A stretch of 64,000 bases of DNA from an uncultured Chloroflexia bacterium (GTDB taxonomy: Bacteria; Chloroflexota; Anaerolineae; CG2-30-64-16), in contig CAVZDU010000002.1 of NCBI GenBank assembly GCA_963774265.1, positions 64,001-128,000 on the forward strand, given 5' to 3'. Below the pieces are notes generated by a model. The model did not search any database and had not been told where the DNA came from. It saw only the letters and a program-made list of their open reading frames with translations. Position 1 is the stretch's first letter. Each line of letters opens with the position of its first letter. The position numbers and the translations under genes are program-made. Shown piece by piece: positions 1 through 10,756 of the stretch.

Positions 1-1366
1 GCAATTCACCCGACGAGTCGGCGTCCGTTTTAGGATTAGGGTCTGGCTCGACGCCGCCATACGCGCGTCGATGACGAATGAGCCAGCCGATTGCGGCCAC
101 AGCGCCGATACTGCTGAGGATCCAGGGCAAGAACTCGTAGAGGGGCACGATCATATAGAAGTAATACCAGGGCTGACCACCGCGCATGACCTCTTGCTGG
201 TCAATCCAATAGCCCAGTGAGCCGATCAGGCCGGTGCCAATCCCCTGACCGTTGGTCAGGAAGGTGGTGAAAAAGAGCAGTTCAATCGCCCAGAACGCCC
301 CCGCAGCAACGAACCAGCACTCGCGCAACCAGAGAAATCCCAGCAGCCCGCTGATTATGAACAGAATACCCACCACTAAAAGCCCCTGCCAGACCATCGA
401 GAGGGTAATCTGGCCGGGATTATTGAATTGACTAATCTGCCAGCCAACCGCCTTCAAGATCACTGCGGAAAGGAAGGGCATCGCCAGGGTGAGCAGAAGG
501 ACGATCAGGTCCAGCTCTCGAAAGATTCGAAGGTTCCAACGCCATTGTGTGATTGCGAGCAGAACCGCCAGGATGGCCAGCACTAGTCCAAGCCCCATCA
601 GTATCAGCCCCGGCACGCGCAGTTTGAAGATCTCCAGCAGAAGACCAATGGCCAATAGCGGCAAGGCCACTGCAGTAAGAGCGCGATATCCATTGCGCCG
701 CTTATCACTCCGCTCCCCCGGCCACACGGCTATCCACAACTGGGCAGCGAGCGCCAGCACCATGAAGGCCCCGAAGATGCCCCCGAAGATGAATGACGCC
801 TCCATCGTCAGGAACGCGAAACCCAACGCCACCGCGGCGCCGACCAGCCAGGACCGTGCACGCGTCTCCAGATAGCGGAACATGCAAATGACAAGAATGA
901 CTAACAGGCTGGTCAGCATGACCTCGTCGCGTATGTAACGACTGTGATAGACGAGGGCAGGCGACACAGTGACCATCACTGCGGTGAGGAAGGCGCCCGT
1001 GCGCCCGAGCCAACGCCGCATCAGCCAAATCACGGCGACCATGACGACGCCAAAGAGTGCCACCTGGATGCGAGCGCTCCAATCGTTCACCCCGAACAGG
1101 AAATACATGAAGGGATTGAGGATGAACTTGAGGGGACCGTGCATCATAGGCTGATGCTGGTAGCCGCGGCCGTCGAACAACTGAAACGAGTAGACGGCGT
1201 GAAGGCTCTCATCGTGGCTCATGGCACGCGCACCGAGCAAAATGGTGCGTGTGAGCAACGCGACTACAACCAAGACAATCCAGGCGACTTTCTCGCCGTC
1301 AAGCCTCAGGAGGTTTATGAATGCCCGATCCAGAAACCCGGGCGTTTTAGTGTCGTCATTCTGCAT
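1..1366 (-). CDS. TIGR03663/Agl23-like GT-C-fold membrane protein (partial; 3' end runs off the window)
   Basis: Manual translation from the ATG at 1366: MQNDDTK...LGARAMSHDESLHAVYS...YQHQPMMHGP...YHSRYIRDE, and later GSLGYWIDQQEVMRGGQPWYYF. Absent from the ORF track because there is no stop in the window. Confidence 0.8.
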   Translation of the reverse strand, partial: MQNDDTKTPGFLDRAFINLLRLDGEKVAWIVLVVVALLTRTILLGARAMSHDESLHAVYSFQLFDGRGYQHQPMMHGPLKFILNPFMYFLFGVNDWSARIQVALFGVVMVAVIWLMRRWLGRTGAFLTAVMVTVSPALVYHSRYIRDEVMLTSLLVILVICMFRYLETRARSWLVGAAVALGFAFLTMEASFIFGGIFGAFMVLALAAQLWIAVWPGERSDKRRNGYRALTAVALPLLAIGLLLEIFKLRVPGLILMGLGLVLAILAVLLAITQWRWNLRIFRELDLIVLLLTLAMPFLSAVILKAVGWQISQFNNPGQITLSMVWQGLLVVGILFIISGLLGFLWLRECWFVAAGAFWAIELLFFTTFLTNGQGIGTGLIGSLGYWIDQQEVMRGGQPWYYFYMIVPLYEFLPWILSSIGAVAAIGWLIRHRRAYGGVEPDPNPKTDADSSGEL

Positions 1367-1382
1367 TTTCGTCACCGTTGTG

Positions 1383-3128
1383 CTATTTCTCTGCTCTGTT
1401 GACCCACAGGATCAGACGCGTCTTCTCTGGTGGTGTGAGCGCTTCGCGATAGAGCAGCCAGCGCAGCCTCGAGGCGCCATCGGGCAGTTGCGCAATCGTC
1501 CAGCGTTGCAGCACGGCAAACTCCGCGCCACTATAGCTGTTCAAGCGTGGTTGATCCTCAACGGGCGTCATGACTAAGGGCGCCACGTCCTGCGGAATCG
1601 ATGCGGTGAAGCGCGCATTCGGATAGTCGCGCAGCTGCCAGCGGAGGACCGGCAGTACGGAATCGGACACCATCGGTGCCCAGACCACATCTACATTCGC
1701 CTCCCGTCCACCCCCGCCGCTGAGGGCGGACAGATTGCGAAGTTCGCCTTGTAAGTCGACCAGGTCGGTTGCCGGCGTATCGTGGACGATGCCCGACTGG
1801 CGCCCCACACCACGCTCATAGCTTAGGGAGACCAGGCTCCCAACCTGCCATGCCAGACCAAGAACAAGGGGCACGACGGGCAGGGCCCGAGTGACGGTGC
1901 GCCAGTTGTCCCACACCCCGTAGGCGACCCAAACAATGAGCGACATGACAAGCGTCGCAATACCCACGCCTGCATACAACGAGCGCCAGTCCTCGCTGTT
2001 CGTGGAATTAAGCGCGCTAGGAAGGCCGATCACGGACGCGACAAGTAGTGCAAGCGAGACGAAAACGAGAAGCCAAGGATCGCGCTCGCGTCGCCATTCG
2101 TACGCGTGCCCAAGGACGCGGGCGACTGTGGGCCCGGCCAAAAGCGTCAGACCAAGAGCGACCAGCGACAGGTCCACTGGGTGACGGCCGCGCCCGATGA
2201 GGTTGATCGCAAACGCCAGCGCGGTCATAATGCCGAGCCAGGAACCTATGCGCTCTCTGCCACGCAACGACCAAATCGCTCCAGACACTCCAAATACGAG
2301 AGCAAATGGCTCGCTGAGGAGCAGGCGCAAGGCGGTCTCGAGGATGGAGTATTCGCCGCGGCCGGGGATGAGATCGGACATCCATCGACCGAGCAACTCA
2401 GCACCGGCTGCCAGGCCGGCCGGTGCGGTAAGGAAGAAGGTGGCGATGACAAGCGTCGCGAGCACACCCATCAACGTGAGCCGTGTCTGGTTGCGGATGC
2501 GAGACAAGAGCGTCCGGGCTTCCGGCGCCCACCAAAGCGCGGTCGCAGCTGCCCCAAGCAAGACCGTGTAGGCATTTGGACCGCTGATGAGCAACAGGCC
2601 GACCGCTAAGCCGAGCGCGACGCCCCATTGGCGTCCCTGCTTCACCCCCGCGGCCACGCCGAGCAACACCAACGTGAGTGTAGGCACCAGCGCATCACCA
2701 AGCGAGAGCCGGCTGCTCCACACGCCCAATGGCGATAGGGACCAGAGAAAGGCTGCCGCCAGCGCGCCTCCCGGGGTCAGGTACCTGCGGAGGAGGAAGA
2801 ACAGCGCCGGAGAGAGACCGCCGAGTAAGGCCGGCCAAAACCGCGCGGTTCCATCAGAAGCGCCGAACAGGCTAAACGTAATCCGCTGCAAGGCATGCAG
2901 CAGGGGGCTTAACCCGCTCAGATCGGGCGCCGCACCGGTCACCACTGCAACAGCCGGCAGCGCCTGCATGGCCTCCTCCGGGCCGAGGGCTATTGCGCCT
3001 AGCCCCCACAGCCGCACGCCAAGCGCGAGGAGTACAGCCACGCCGTAGCCCGCGCGCTCTACGGTCAGCCAGCCAACCATGCGGGAGAGATTTTCGGTCG
3101 GGTGATCCTGGATGCCTGCTTGTAGCAT
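1383..3128 (-). CDS. Multi-pass membrane protein, GT-C/PMT_2-like
   Basis: Very hydrophobic ORF (FGASDGTARFWPAL, LSPLGVWSSR) with a C-terminal soluble region (LRWQLRDY). The ATG at 3128 lies just past the upstream stop. Confidence 0.7.
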   Translation of the reverse strand: MLQAGIQDHPTENLSRMVGWLTVERAGYGVAVLLALGVRLWGLGAIALGPEEAMQALPAVAVVTGAAPDLSGLSPLLHALQRITFSLFGASDGTARFWPALLGGLSPALFFLLRRYLTPGGALAAAFLWSLSPLGVWSSRLSLGDALVPTLTLVLLGVAAGVKQGRQWGVALGLAVGLLLISGPNAYTVLLGAAATALWWAPEARTLLSRIRNQTRLTLMGVLATLVIATFFLTAPAGLAAGAELLGRWMSDLIPGRGEYSILETALRLLLSEPFALVFGVSGAIWSLRGRERIGSWLGIMTALAFAINLIGRGRHPVDLSLVALGLTLLAGPTVARVLGHAYEWRRERDPWLLVFVSLALLVASVIGLPSALNSTNSEDWRSLYAGVGIATLVMSLIVWVAYGVWDNWRTVTRALPVVPLVLGLAWQVGSLVSLSYERGVGRQSGIVHDTPATDLVDLQGELRNLSALSGGGGREANVDVVWAPMVSDSVLPVLRWQLRDYPNARFTASIPQDVAPLVMTPVEDQPRLNSYSGAEFAVLQRWTIAQLPDGASRLRWLLYREALTPPEKTRLILWVNRAEK

Positions 3129-3132
3129 GGAA

Positions 3133-5788
3133 TTACCTTGCATAGATCCGGACGCCATCGAGATCGTACACTCGCTTCAGGTGCGTATCGAACCGCACCA
3201 GAGATGCGTCTGAGATGCCGTATTTGCTCCGTTCGAGTCCGCCGACATAGATATAATCTACGCCCCACTGCTCCAGAATGCCTGGAAGTTGATCTGCCTG
3301 AGCGGAGCGGTAGATTTGGTCGATCACAGCTGGCCGCATGGCGGCCAACTTATCATAACCCTCGTTGCCGCGCCACTGGCGCTCGTGAAAATCCCAACCG
3401 AGAAGCGTTGGATTCCCGGTGGACATGGACACGCGACCCTCGGCGCTGTAGGAGCCACCGGTTGCTTCGAGTACGACAGCATCGCGTCGCACGTTGACGC
3501 GAAGCCAATCGATGGCTTCCAGTTCGGCCGGATTATCGCGGCGCAGGTAGGCGAGTCCATCGAGCGTTGGCGTGCCGCGGAAGCTGTCCGTTTTACTTGG
3601 TATAGCGGACAAGGGATACCACAGACCGCCGAGCACCAGCACCGCCGATAAGGCGAGTGCAGGAACCCTCAATATTGCGGGAGAGCTCGACACGGCAAGC
3701 CGGCTCAACGCGTAGGCGGACGCCAGCGCGAGCAACACCCATGCCTGGTAGTAGAACTTGAAGACGGTATTCATTCGGTTGCCGAACAGGTCACGCAGAT
3801 AGATGAACTCAGGGATGAGAGTGAGCGCAAACGCAAGAAAAATCAGGATAAGGGCGAACAGGTCGATGGCGACGGGCAAAGCCGGAGCACGCCCTTCGGC
3901 AAACGCTTCCTCGGGATCGCGACGGAATCGGACCCAGACGGCGCCGATCACCCAAGCGAGCAACACCGCCAGGACCAGATAGGTCCACGGCGAATCCACG
4001 CGCACCTGTATCACCAGACGCAACAATCCACCGAGCGATGCATCCGATATGTTCGCGGCGATTTCGGGTCGCTGTAGAGCCTCGTCCACAAATGCCCGGC
4101 CTTGCGGCAGAGCGACGAAACCCAGGGCCACGACCGCCATGACGAGCAAGGGCAGGAGCAGCGTCCAAGGCAAGGCGACGAGCACGCTACGAGTGGTCGT
4201 ACTCCAGCCACCCCGACCCCGCACCTCCTGCTCCGCTCCACCGCGGGGATCGATGTGCGGCCCGGGGCTGGTGTGGCATTGGAGCAACAAGAAGAACACT
4301 GCAACCACCAGGAAAGGCCCAAACATCACGAAGAACTGAGAGAAGCGGCTTGGGAACAGCAGGTTTGGCAAGATACCGCCCAGCTGCGATTGAAAGCCTA
4401 TGTAAAATGGAGCATAGACCAGGTAGCCGAGCGCAGCAAGGATGATGAATGTCAGCACCGCAGTGCGGAGCGGCCACCAGATCAAGCCGCTGCGGAGCGC
4501 GGCGCCCAGACCCATCGCTAACGCGGCCAGCCCCACGTAAATCGGGAAGTCCCAGGTGTTGAGGAATCCCAGGCTGCCGAGAACAATGGCATACAACAGG
4601 ACGCCCCCCCATGACAGCCCGATTGCGTCGACCAGGCCGCGCGCCTGATCGGCCAGTCTCGAGAAGATACCGCCTCCCCTCTCACGTCGTAGTTGGGCCG
4701 TCAGTGCACCGACCAGCAAGTTCAGGCAGAACAGGATCGCAAGCAGCACGAACGGAAGTGCCAAGACATGCGGGTGCAGGTCGCCCAGCAGGAAACTGAA
4801 GAACGGGAACTCGTCGATGACCTCGACCGAATTGCCTGCCAGGTCGATGTCGTGGATCACGCGAGAGGCGCGCCACCACCACCAGTAGCCACCGGTCGCG
4901 TTCCCCGTGGGGGCAGTATCGGTGAGGCCTTTGATGTTTAGCCACTGGATGACAGTGATGGGCAAAAGCTGAAGCTGGTATACACTGTCGATCAGCCCCT
5001 CGAGGTTGCCCATGACGCCAAGGAGAAGAGCACCGAGCAAACCCCACGCAATAGACGCGCGAGTGTGTATTTTATCGATCGACTAATGAGAAGCTAGGAG
5101 ACAGATCCGGGGCGTCCTCGGACCGGGCCTGGCGGGTGATGCTACCGCGCGCCAGGGCGACAAGGGTGTAGACAACGCCGAAAGCGGAGATCATCACGAG
5201 GGCGTACCACATGGCGACACCCAGGTTGAAGCCGATTTCCGGGAGCACGCCGGTGATGCGGATGAGCGCCGCGATCATCACATAACCGAAATAATAGTAG
5301 CTGATGCCGTAGCCCGAGAGCCAAGGGTCCTGAGGCGGGAAGAGACGACTACTCAGGACTCCGCTGATGAAGGCGAACTCCATGGGTTTTTCGGTGCCGT
5401 TGATTTCAGGATTGTAGGCGCGGAAGACGGTCCAACCTACAAAGACCAGGAGGAAGAGTAGCTCGGTGGCGATTATGAGACTGCGATTCTCGCTCAGCCA
5501 GGTCAGGACTGGACGCCGGCCGCTATCGTCACGGCGAAGGCCTTCGCGGCCGAGCCATACCGACAGGCCGCCGACTCCTCCGAGCGCGAACAGGAAGCCT
5601 CCCGTCGTGTTGGGAAGTAGGTGGAAGATGGCGCCCAGCCAAAGTAGATACGAGACCAGCAGCAATCCCAGCACTTTGGTGAGGGGATAGCCACGTCCAG
5701 GCAGCCGTGCAAATAGCCGCCATGCCAGTGGAAGTACGACGAAGCCGACCAGTTGAATGGCCAGCCACCATGATATTACAGGCAGCAT
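3133..5788 (-). CDS. DUF2298 / Chlor_Arch_YYY (TIGR03662) membrane protein, one frameshift near 5040-5075
   Basis: EKPMEFAF, DPWLSGYGISYYYFGY, WWRASRVI, EFPFFSFLLGDLHPH, NTWDFP, RMNTVFKFYYQ and TLDGLAY are spread over ORFs 5072-5800 and 3133-5040. Confidence 0.85.
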
Positions 5789-6032
5789 GATTGCTTCCAA
5801 AACAACATTAATCGAACCATCCAGGAATTATTGTAGCATGAGCCCCGGTCGCGACCAAAAGGAGACCCACGTGTTCCCTTCCGAGGCACTGAGATCGGAA
5901 TCGGAAACGGTGAATTTTTTCCGGTCGTATGTAAGTAGGTTTAGCTACATATTATTCGCTACACGAAAATCATGACCTCATCATTTCCCGCGTCATAGCT
6001 GGAGTTTCGCTTCCCCCTCAGACTCGAGATCG

Positions 6033-9000
6033 TCAGACAACGCGATATATAGTGACATCATCATTCCGATATACCACCGTCAACTCCCCCGCTTCCGCAA
6101 GCACATCAAACTTATGCAAGGCGGCTGCGCTGAAAAGAACACGCTCGAGGCGTCCGACGTAAACGTAGCCCACGTGTAGTTCGCGTATGAGACGCCGTGC
6201 AACCGCTAGATCGGTCGTACGGAAGAACTCCATCCCACTGGCTGTTTGCGCATCAACCTGCATCGCGGGCCGCTGCTCGTACTGGTGTTGTCCCACCAGG
6301 GTCGGCAATCCCGTTGCGCTGGCTACACGCAGTCCGCCTGCCCGGTAGTAATCATACGAAAGGTGTTCCTCGCCTACGGTATAGCTGCCGGCGGGAGCTT
6401 CAGCCACGACCGGCGTGCCTCGCACATTGTCGAGCAGCCACTTGAGCGCGCGGTACTCACCGCCGAGCACGATGCGGGTGGCGCCATCGGGCCAGTCATA
6501 CTCGCCCACAGTCATGTAGGCGAGGCCGTCCAGCGTGCCGAGGGGCGGCTGCGCGTCCGGGAAACGATCTTCAACTCGTGCGTGAACGCCGACGAACAGA
6601 AACACCAACCCGCCAGCCAGCAGGATACCCGCCGCCGTCTGCCAAGGCAGAGCAAGCCAGGCAGGAGCGCGAACGGTCAACAACCAGAGCCGGGCCAAGA
6701 TGTAGCCGCCGGCAATGCCCAGAAAGATCCAGGCCGGCACCGAGAACTTGAACAAGGTGTTCATCCGATACCAGTCGCCGCCATCCAGGAAGTCCCGCAG
6801 GTAAACCAACTCGGTCCCCCCTACCACCCCCAGACCTAAGACGAGCAACAGCCCAACAAAAGCGCGACCGGAGCTGGTCTCGCGGTCGAAGATCAGCGGC
6901 ACGGCAAGAACCAATGGCAGTGCGGCGAACGCCGCAGTTGGCCGGCCCAGCGCAGCAAAGATGGCCAGCACCGCGACAAGGAGTAAGATCGCAAAAAGCC
7001 AAACCCGGCGACTGCCGCCCCGTCCGCCTTCGCGCACTTCAGTGACCATGCGCCGCGCAAGCAGCTCGGCGGCCACATAGCTGATGGCCAGAAACAGGAA
7101 GAAGCCCCAGATGAGGAGCCACGGCCGCAGAGGGCTGGCTTCCTGCACCCACCCTAACAAGCGGCCAACGACATTCCCATCACCGTCGCCAAGCTGCGCA
7201 TGATAGTTCGCATAGAACGGCCTGTATGCCAGAACCGCAGCCACTAGCCACCCCGACGGCACTCAACGCAGCGCCCGCCAGGGACCGGAGACGCTGTCCT
7301 GGCGATCCCCTCGTGCGCCAACCCGCTATACAGATAGCGCCGGACGCGAGCAGCGCATATGTGGGCAGATCCCACGTGTTGATCGCGCCGAGTGCGCCCA
7401 ATGCCAACGCTAGCACCAGGAGCTTAATGAGCCATTGCCGCCACCTTAGCGGACGATTAACGAGCCACTCGAGCGAGAGCCCGACGACGAGTAACCCAAA
7501 CGGCATGGAGATCAGGTGTGGGTGCAGGTCAGCGAAGGTGAAGGTCCACAAGGGAAACTCGTTGATAGTGAATGGGACGACGCGGCTGGCGGCCCAATAA
7601 TCGAACGCCGGCAGGCCCTCGCCACGCATGACGCTTGCCAGCCCGTTGAATGCCCATTCGAGGCCGGTCAGGTTACCGAGGAGCAGCGTCAGAGCAACTG
7701 CGAGCGCGGCGACGACGGCCGGAGACGGGACCGGCCCATGGGCAGCCGAGTAGCCGGCCTCAGGACCAAGGCTCAAGCGGGCTGGCGACGTTGCCTGCCG
7801 GAGACCTGCGGTCAGGCTGTACGCCACGCTGAACACGCCCAGCGCGGTCAGCGCAAACAGCGACGGCACGGCGAGATTGAACGCCACCTCGGCGAAAATA
7901 CCGGTCAGTCTTATCGACAGGCCGACCAGATACAAGCCAAAGTAATAGTAATTGATCGTGCCGCCGGCAAAGTAGGGGTCATACGGCGGGAATACGGGAC
8001 TGCGGAGCGTAGCGTTGAGAAACGCAAACTCCATGAACTTCTCGCCGCCATTCCAGGGATGCCACAAATCCGGGTTGAAGAGGCGCACGAGCACGAAGAA
8101 GAGATAGGCGCCGGCGAACAGGGCTTCCTGCCCCAGGATGAGACGCTTCTGTGCGCGCCAAAATTGAGCCAAATTGCGCCGCTGGCTTGACCATGCCACG
8201 CGGCCCACGAGGACCATAAACAGGAGAAGAACCAGCAGGGGACCCAGCGCGTTACGCCACAGCCCCAGACTGACACCCATCCAGTGCACCCACCCCAACA
8301 GCAACCACCCCGCCACCCGACTGAGGCCGTGGCCGCGATCTGCCAGACCGCCCGTCAGTGGGAACAGCAGCGGCCAGGCAAACCAACCGAAGACGGTGAT
8401 CACAAACCACCAGAGCAGGACCGAGATGATTGTCGAACCACTGGCGAACTGATTCCACCGGTAGTCGGTTACGTCGGGCAGAGACTCAACGGGCTGAGCA
8501 AGCGTCAAGGGCCGATGCGGCTCGGGCGTTTGCAGCCGCATGCTGGCCAGACCGGGCGCCTTGCCCCCGCCCAGTAGAGACGTCGCACGTAGAGACGTTG
8601 CACGTAGAGACGTTGCACGTAGAGACGTTGCACGTAGAGACGTTGCACGTAGAGACGTTGCACGTAGAGACGTTGCACGTAGAGACGTTGCGTGCAACGT
8701 CTCTACAACGTACTGTGCATCCACGGAAGACCGCTGATCGCCAGCGGGAGGCAAGTAGCGCTGCAGACGGCCGGCAATTTCGTCGGCACTCAAATGCCTC
8801 ACATTACGCAGAATCAGCGGACGGGGATGATCGTACACGCTGAAGCTTTCATCCGCGTTGTCATCGTGGATCACGAGCGACCCGAGACGGGGGTACGCAG
8901 AGAACTCCGCGACCAGTTCGTAGCCCAGCTCCCCTGCGAAGAGCTGCCGGTAGTATTGAGAAGTCATTGGGTAGCGCGCCGCAAGGCGCGCCATGGGGCC

Positions 9001-10746
9001 ATAGACGCGATTGCTGGCGATGGCCAGATAGTCGGCGCCGGCGAGACCGGCCGCGAGGTGCTCGACCTTATCGCTGTTGTCCGGATCCCAGACGGGCAAC
9101 TCAGCGCGCTCATACATGCGGAGCGGAGGGCGGTCTCGAATCTCGTCCATGGTCAGGGGGAGGGCATCGTCCCATTCTTCGCTGAGGATCTTCGAACCGT
9201 CTGGCACATTGCGGTAGATCCAGAGAGACGCCTCAATCCAGGGGTGTTCCTGGCGATAGACGTTTGTGAAGGCGAAGGACCAAAGCACTGCGACCAGGGC
9301 CGTGCCTAGCGCAACACCGACCCATATAACCCGGCCACGGCGGCCCCACCGCTCGACGAGCCACTCCCAGCCCCTTACCGCAAACGCGGCGCCGAAAACC
9401 AACAGGAACGGCAGCAGCGGGGCCATATAGCGGAGAAACTTGGTGTGGAACGCGCCCGTGACCATGAAGTAGGGAAAGCTCCAGGCAAGCAGAACAGTAG
9501 CCGCCGCGCCCGCGCGCCCCAGCCCAAATCGCACGAGCGCCCATGCCAGTCCGGCCCACGCGATGATCCCGAGCGGCCATGTCAGCCCCCACTGGCTCAG
9601 TTGCTGTACAAGATACCAATAGCGAATCGTGCCGATATATTGCCGCGTGTATGGCGCATCCATTGCGCCGCTCACCATGGCATTTTGCGCCATGATCTGA
9701 CCGAGGTATGGGCCAATCTCAAGCAACGCGAATGGGTTCGTGAGTGCGAAAGTAACAACTGCAATGAAGCCGACAGCTGCCAGGCGGCGGAGCGTGTGCC
9801 ACATCAGCGACAAAACCTTCGAAGCTGTCGAAACCCGGGGAGTCTGCTGCCGCGACGCGCAGAATGCAGCGACGAGAAGCGGCAGGGCAAGCATGACCGC
9901 GTTGAATTTGGAACCGACCGCCAGTCCCGCCATCACTCCCGCCGCAAGCCACGTCCAGCGGCCGCCCTGATCGGCATAGCGCGCGGCGAGAGCGACGGTC
10001 GCGACGATGAGGAAGGTGAGGAGAGCGTCGACCGCTGCATAGTGGCTGAGCTGGATGGGCAGAACCGCAAATGCGTAGGCGGCCGCAGCCAGGAGACCTG
10101 TGACGTAAGGTGTCGGTTGAGCCACCGGGGTCGCCGAGGCGACGAGTTGGTCAAGCTTGTCTTTCCCGGCATGTTGAATCTCGCCAACCTCTGTGTGCTC
10201 TGTGGCGAATCCGGTCAGGAGGCGGGCGACACGAACGCCCATGATGTAGATCAGCAGGAGCGTACCGAGGTCAGCCAGGGCGGAGAGAGCACGGCCGACG
10301 AGCGAAAGGTGGCTGTAGTCGGCGAGCTGCCGGCCGACCGTGTGAAGGGGTTGCATCCAGGCGGGGAATGCAAAGGTCGTCTCGCCGAACCAACGGCCCA
10401 CGGCTGCCGCCGCATGTCCCACGCCGATCAACAGGTAAAGGGGGAAGTGACCGTAGGCAAAGTTGCGCGGTTGGCCCGCCAAGTCGCCCGCACCAGGCGG
10501 CCATCGCAAGGGGTTGAGCGACGAGCGCGCCGGATCGAGCGCAACCCCCAGTTGCACGAAGAAGCCGCCGTCAACCTCACTCGGCCAGTTCATTGTGTCG
10601 GCCACCCAGACAATGAAACGCTCGTCGGGGTGAACGTGTTGAAAGCGGTCCCAGTTGATGTCCGTGAAGCGCAGCGCGCCGCCGATAAGAATCAGCGCCA
10701 CCAGCAAAGTGACGCGAATGGCGCGACGATTCAGCAAATGCATCAA
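6033..10746 (-). CDS. GT39-like + DUF2298 (YYY) fusion membrane protein, frameshift near 7200-7260
   Basis: HPDERF, EEWDDALP and ADESFSVYDHP, then GGEKFMEFAF/NYYYFG/FADLHPH/NTWDLP. The C-terminal piece has RMNTLFKF and TLDGLAYM. Confidence 0.85.
8574..8706. repeat. 28-bp REP-like palindrome plus seven tandem 15-bp copies of its arm, in frame within a CDS
   Basis: GTAGAGACGTTGCAC x7 (8574-8678; first copy has one mismatch), then GTAGAGACGTTGC-GT-GCAACGTCTCTAC (8679-8706). Encodes VETLHATSL(RATSL)7. Confidence 0.95.
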
Positions 10747-10756
10747 CGGTTTGGCC

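Noticed and set aside
8574-8706. CRISPR array
   Set aside because: Head-to-tail 15-bp units with no spacers, inside a CDS, and no cas genes in the window.
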